Assembly: GCA_002269645.1 (NCBI GenBank)
Contig: NIVC01004741.1
Location: 1-36,457, forward strand
From: Macrostomum lignano
Lineage: Eukaryota
Length of the DNA: 36,457 nucleotides
Direction of reading: 5' to 3'
How positions within the stretch are numbered: the first letter of the stretch is position 1; every line of letters begins with the position of its first letter. Below the pieces are notes generated by a model, which made no database searches, was not told where the DNA came from, and saw only the letters and a list, made by a program, of their open reading frames with translations. Of this stretch, positions 32,014-36,457 are shown piece by piece. A program made the position numbers and the translations under genes.

Positions 32014-32253
32014 ATGTCGCAGCATGCTGTGGAGCAATTGTCTAGCTTACTCTCGAAGATGGATCGGCGCCTATCGGCCTTGGAGGAGCGCGTGGGAGAG
32101 CTATCCCATCAAGCTCTAGCGACGGATTCTGGGCTCCGAGCGCTCCGAGGTGTGCTGGGTGGAGTGGGCGGAGGCGGTTTTCTCCTGCTCATTGTCTGCG
32201 TTTTAATCGTGGCGTTTTGCTGCCGGTACCGCTATCGGCCCCTATCTGCTTAA
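32014..32253 (+). CDS. Small membrane protein (79 aa): coiled coil + TM helix + CC + basic tail
   Basis: MSQHAVEQLSSLLSKMDRRLSALEERV heptads, GGVGGGG linker, FLLLIVCVLIVAF TM segment, CCRYRYR. Confidence 0.45.
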   Translation: MSQHAVEQLSSLLSKMDRRLSALEERVGELSHQALATDSGLRALRGVLGGVGGGGFLLLIVCVLIVAFCCRYRYRPLSA

Positions 32254-33043
32254 TATGGGAACCTGTCAGTTAATTAAGTAACTATTATGCGAAAGGAATG
32301 ACGAAAACATCTTTTATTGTGGAGATATATAAGCATTTTTAGTATTTGTTCTATTTAACTTTTCTTTTTTAAAAACTGCCGTATGCTACAGGTCTAAGCT
32401 ATGATTTATTATGCGCAGAATCATGCGTGCGAACTAATGTTACTTTATGCTACAAGCCATATGCGTGCTACTTTCTCGTGTTTCTGTCCATCTTTGATAG
32501 CACTACTACTACTGTGTACGAATAATCAAAAATAAATTGTAAGGTGAAGCGTGAATTTGTCCGCTTAATTGTTAAATTTGGATTATTTGGTTGGATTTTT
32601 GTACTAGTGTTGTGGCTTACTCATTCTGAAACTTTACTAGCTCCTTCGATGGTGCTCTAATTTTATTTGTGTTGCCTTGACCGCCCTTCATTATGTAGTC
32701 CGAGCGTGGATCACGCCCAGACCATACAATGACGGGTGCTTTTGGGGTTTTCTGAGGTGGTCATGTGGCAATTAGATTGGTCCTCGGATCCGATGAACCG
32801 CTCAACCACCAGACAACCGCCCCATTTATGCCCTTCTTTGGAGTGGCTTTCTAAATGCCTATCTCGCTTCTTCCCGCCATTGAGACGGGTCCCTAGCCTG
32901 CAGGAGCGCTGTTTTTAATTGGGGCCACTGTAAGGTGGCTGGTGAATACGCGAGTGTTAGTGGGGTTTTTATCTCCCGCTGTGATACTGTGATTCCGTGT
33001 TGTTTGTACGTATCAAGTAAAAAGAGGTCAAGTAATCACCTCC

Positions 33044-33468
33044 TCTCGGTTAGTTGAGGACGAATTAGTTACGTTGGGTCTCCGATTTCTGATGATGTTG
33101 AAACACGTTGCAACTTGGTCTTCTTGCTTGCTTGATGTGATGACTCGTTGACTTCACACTGACCTTGATCGAGCACGTTCTTTCTGACTTGTGAGCAGAA
33201 GATAACAGGAATAAAAACTGTTATATCTGGTTCCCTGAGAGTGAGTCACCTAGTTCCGCCAACTTGACTAGGGGTGATTGCAACAAGCCTTCTCCATCGC
33301 TAGACAACATCATCCTGCCACAGGTCAGAAAGAACGTGCTCGATCAAGGTCAGTGTGAAGTCAACGAGTCATCACATCAAGCAAGCAAGAAGACCAAGTT
33401 GCAACGTGTTTCAACATCATCGGAAATCGGAGGCCCAACGTAACTAATTCGTCCTCAACTAACCGAGA
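33044..33468. repeat. Inverted repeat with 150-bp arms (33044-33193 / 33319-33468) and 125-bp spacer
   Basis: The arms are reverse complements with three mismatches by manual comparison. Confidence 0.93.
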
Positions 33469-34596
33469 TTCTCCAGAGAGCCAAGAGACAATTATCGACG
33501 TGGTATGCTTGACGACATTAAGACGCGACTGTGACGCATCAAGCCGTTACAAATGTGCAGCCGCCGCTCTACTCGAATCGTTCAATGGAAATCCAAGAGA
33601 TATCGGTACAAAACCTATTCATCTTCTATGCACGTAGTGTTTAAGTCGGTCAAGGCACAACTTTGGATCAAACACAACATCTGGCTTTCATTTCTTCGAA
33701 TTTTGGCCTACGACTTGGCGTACAAAACGGATAATTAAACAAGTGAGAATTTAAACTCAATTAGTAACACTGCCAGATTGCGACACTGGACGTGCAACCA
33801 GGCAAGCCTGATGGAGTTCTGCAGTAACAGTATTTCAAGATATCCGCGAATTGAAAATTGAGTAACTACTGACGACTACTTCGGGGGAAAAGAGCCCCAT
33901 GAAAAACACAGACAAACTGTACTGCAAACAGAAGGGACTTGCTGGTTTGTAGCTTCCGACAAACACACCCAGCCCAAATCGACTTCACTACGACGCACAA
34001 CCAATCAGCCGACTAACTAGCTCAGCCACAACAACTAGTGACGAATTCAAGTATGAAACTGCTTATTACAAGGACGAAGTCACATCGAGAAGCAACACCT
34101 TCGTGTCAGACTGACACGAGTGTCAGTCTCCAAAAAGGGGAAGATATGTAAGCACTGAAATTGTGCTTACATCGAAGCGAAAAAACAACGGCCTCCTCTC
34201 GTCTCAACCGGTTCTATCCAGCCAGACCAGCTCTACACTAAAGGGCAGATAACAAAGCTGAGGTTCGAAGGCCAAGCCAGCAGCCTGCGAACGCGTGACA
34301 CAGTAGACTCGCAGCAATGCTTTGGGGGGGGTGATATGGTTGCCTAACAACGGGACAGAGAAAAATGCTCGAGCGATAACCCTGCCCCGCTCAAACTATG
34401 CATTGCTCTTCATTTTGTCAACTAAACCAGTTTGCTTGCTTGACTATAAAATACACTGTTTTGGATAATTTGCGGCACAGAGAGAGAGATTCGGAGATGT
34501 GAGCCTCACACTCATAACAGGGCCCTCAGAGGCCAGGTGTGTTCGAAATTCTTTCTGACTTGTGAGCAGAAGATAACAGGAATAAAAACTGTTATA
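33178..34596 (+). mobile_element. Probable LTR retrotransposon remnant
   Basis: 48-bp direct repeat containing AATAAA (33178-33225, 34549-34596). The first copy is followed by PBS-like TGGTTCCCTGA (33228-33238, matches tRNA-Glu 3' ends). A G8 polypurine tract (34324-34331) precedes TG at 34332, with TATAAAA at ~34445. No clear gag/pol ORF. Confidence 0.45.
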
Positions 34597-35710
34597 ATAG
34601 CGATGCCTCTTTCGACTTGTCTAGCGAGAGCAGGGGATTGAAAAGCAGTAAGAATTCATGGTCTAGTGAGTATGCACATGTAACGAGGATGGCGAATTCT
34701 TCAAATTACTTGATGGATTGTAGGAATTTGCTGCAAAAGGCCGATGATGACAGTCCGATGGCCACCGCCTCACGGTCTCCGGTTAAAAACTCTCCGGCAT
34801 CCTGTATTTGGACACCACGAAGAATCTCGACTGGGGTCGTGGTTTGAATCACTAGTGGGGATCTCCTGTCGACTTTGGGGGCGTCCACGTTACGCTACGG
34901 AAGGTGCAGCTTGCTGTAGGAGCGTTGGGTTCGCCTAGGTGGAGATTACCAACGTCGGCTTGGATAGCACCCGGTTGGAATACGGATTCGGCAGCGAAAC
35001 CAGCCATGGTGTTGATCTTGCCTTGCTCGGAACGCGTGTTTGAAGTGTTTTCTATTTGGAGTCTTAATGAAGATTTTATTCCGTTTAGGGGTACCTATTT
35101 TATAGAGTTGTTTTTTAAGGGGGCGTGGGATCGTTGAAGATTGTAGTTGGTCTTCTGGCTGGTGAATTCCCAGGGACTTTGGACATTTTGTTAAAGAGTT
35201 TAGGGTTGGTGAGATGCGATGCATATATACGTGCGTTAAGAGATAATTTTGGCATTATAGTAGTGCGTGCAAATCTGTGAATTGATTTGACATGCTATTT
35301 AAGTTTACTAATTTGGTGTTCACTAGTGGAATAGGAAAATGACCTCACTCGATGCGTTCGGGTTTATAATAGTACCGGTTATAGTAGGCCGGGGTCGGTG
35401 AATTGACTGCATGCATTTCATGGGCGTAAATTGCGTGCTCGTTGCTGGATTGATAAAAATTTGGAAATGCCTGCACCCTAGTTTGGGTCACGGGTGGCGT
35501 TTTCCCATAGAGGTCGGTTTGTAGAAAGATACCGGGGAGGGGGGTTTTACTGGCTTCGGCATTGAGTGGTTGGTTGACAGCGCGGTGCTATCTATATGCT
35601 ATATGCCAATAACGGATATTGTGCAATCCCCGCGTGGATTGAGTTTCATATGAATGGGATATCTAGGTCATTGAGTTAGAGAGGAGACTTGGAACTGTTC
35701 GAACGATTGA

Positions 35711-36103
35711 TTGCGATTGACAATGGCCGAGGCTCAGGACGGATCGCGGGAAGAGTATTGGAAGGCGCAGGAGGGGTACTTTGAAGAGTTGGAAGGTAAA
35801 TTCGCTTTCGTGGACTACGGTAGCGATCGACTCCGACGAGTGTCGCCCTTAAGTAGACCGTCTGGAAAGTATAGTTTTTATGGCTGCCACTCCTCTTGTA
35901 TTGCACCTTATTTTGACAGGGCATCATATACCGACTTCAGTAGACGGTCGGCGAGACCTCCGTCCGGTCGCGTAGTTCCGCCTAGTGTGCGGGGCCGCGA
36001 GGATCCCTATGACGCGGAAATTACTATAGGGAGGAATACGTTCCCACCACGGACAGAGGTATGTAATATGCATTCTGAGTTCGATTGCTTTGTGGTAGTA
36101 TAA
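35711..36103 (+). other. Unassigned ORF (130 aa), coding status uncertain
   Basis: Open frame only; no recognisable motif. Confidence 0.2.
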
Positions 36104-36457
36104 CTTACTATACCTTTATCTACTGTAGGATTACTTCAACGCAAGGACGGCAGCTTTGGAGGAGCTACGTGAGGAGCGACCCGAAGTTCGCTATCGTGAA
36201 GCGGGTTACGATGTAAGATTGTTTTTTAGTTAGTAGTGCCTGATCTTGTACTTGACGAGTTCATTTTGCCTTTTTTAGCAACTATGCACGAGTGACCGAG
36301 TACTTTTGCAGCACCAGTGGGCGACGACAGTTTTTGCGCGAATGCATGAAGTGGTGCCGGAGATAGTGGCTCAGGGAAGGAGGTACGAGACAATATTCGT
36401 ATGCTTTTCTTATCACATATTGCATTAATAAATAAAGAATTTCCATTCTCATTTTAG

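Noticed and set aside
32501-32513. CACTACTACTACT as the right TIR of element B
   Set aside because: Similarity to the 25-bp left repeat does not extend beyond the trinucleotide run.
33500-35300. gag/pol remnants and ORFs 34617-35224
   Set aside because: No RT, RNase H, integrase or zinc-knuckle motif could be recognised; frames are short.

Overview
Eukaryotic (probably invertebrate, TTAGGG-telomere type) genomic window made almost entirely of nested, decaying mobile DNA. (A) 1-4283: AT-rich fragment of a Polinton/Maverick (adintovirus-like) element on the minus strand, with a PLA2-like domain fused in frame to a retroviral-type DDE integrase plus small virion-core-like ORFs. The PLA2 Ca-loop motif (YSFAG|PGT) is split by an 894-nt group I intron (3260-4153, IC1-like; P1, P2.1, P3, P4, P6, P7, P8 and the terminal G are all recognisable). 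The intron carries an intact 149-aa PD-(D/E)XK restriction-enzyme-like ORF in the P2.1 loop, and is the most notable feature here. (B) ~4978-30100: a second, GC-richer Polinton-like element, all genes on the minus strand: packaging ATPase, intronless PLA2-like gene, dUTPase, protein-primed PolB, deoxynucleoside kinase and a TBP-like gene, all pseudogenised. (C) 9070-23724: a 14.65-kb head-to-tail Helitron array inserted cleanly into polB. It has non-autonomous units carrying (CTAACC)n telomeric tracts and GA-rich tracts, then a Rep-only Helitron, and the units end in hairpin + CTCG. (D) ~30600-36457: poorly resolved sequence with a small membrane-protein ORF, a 150-bp-arm inverted repeat and a probable LTR-retrotransposon remnant. 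All homology calls come from motif recognition by eye, not database searches.
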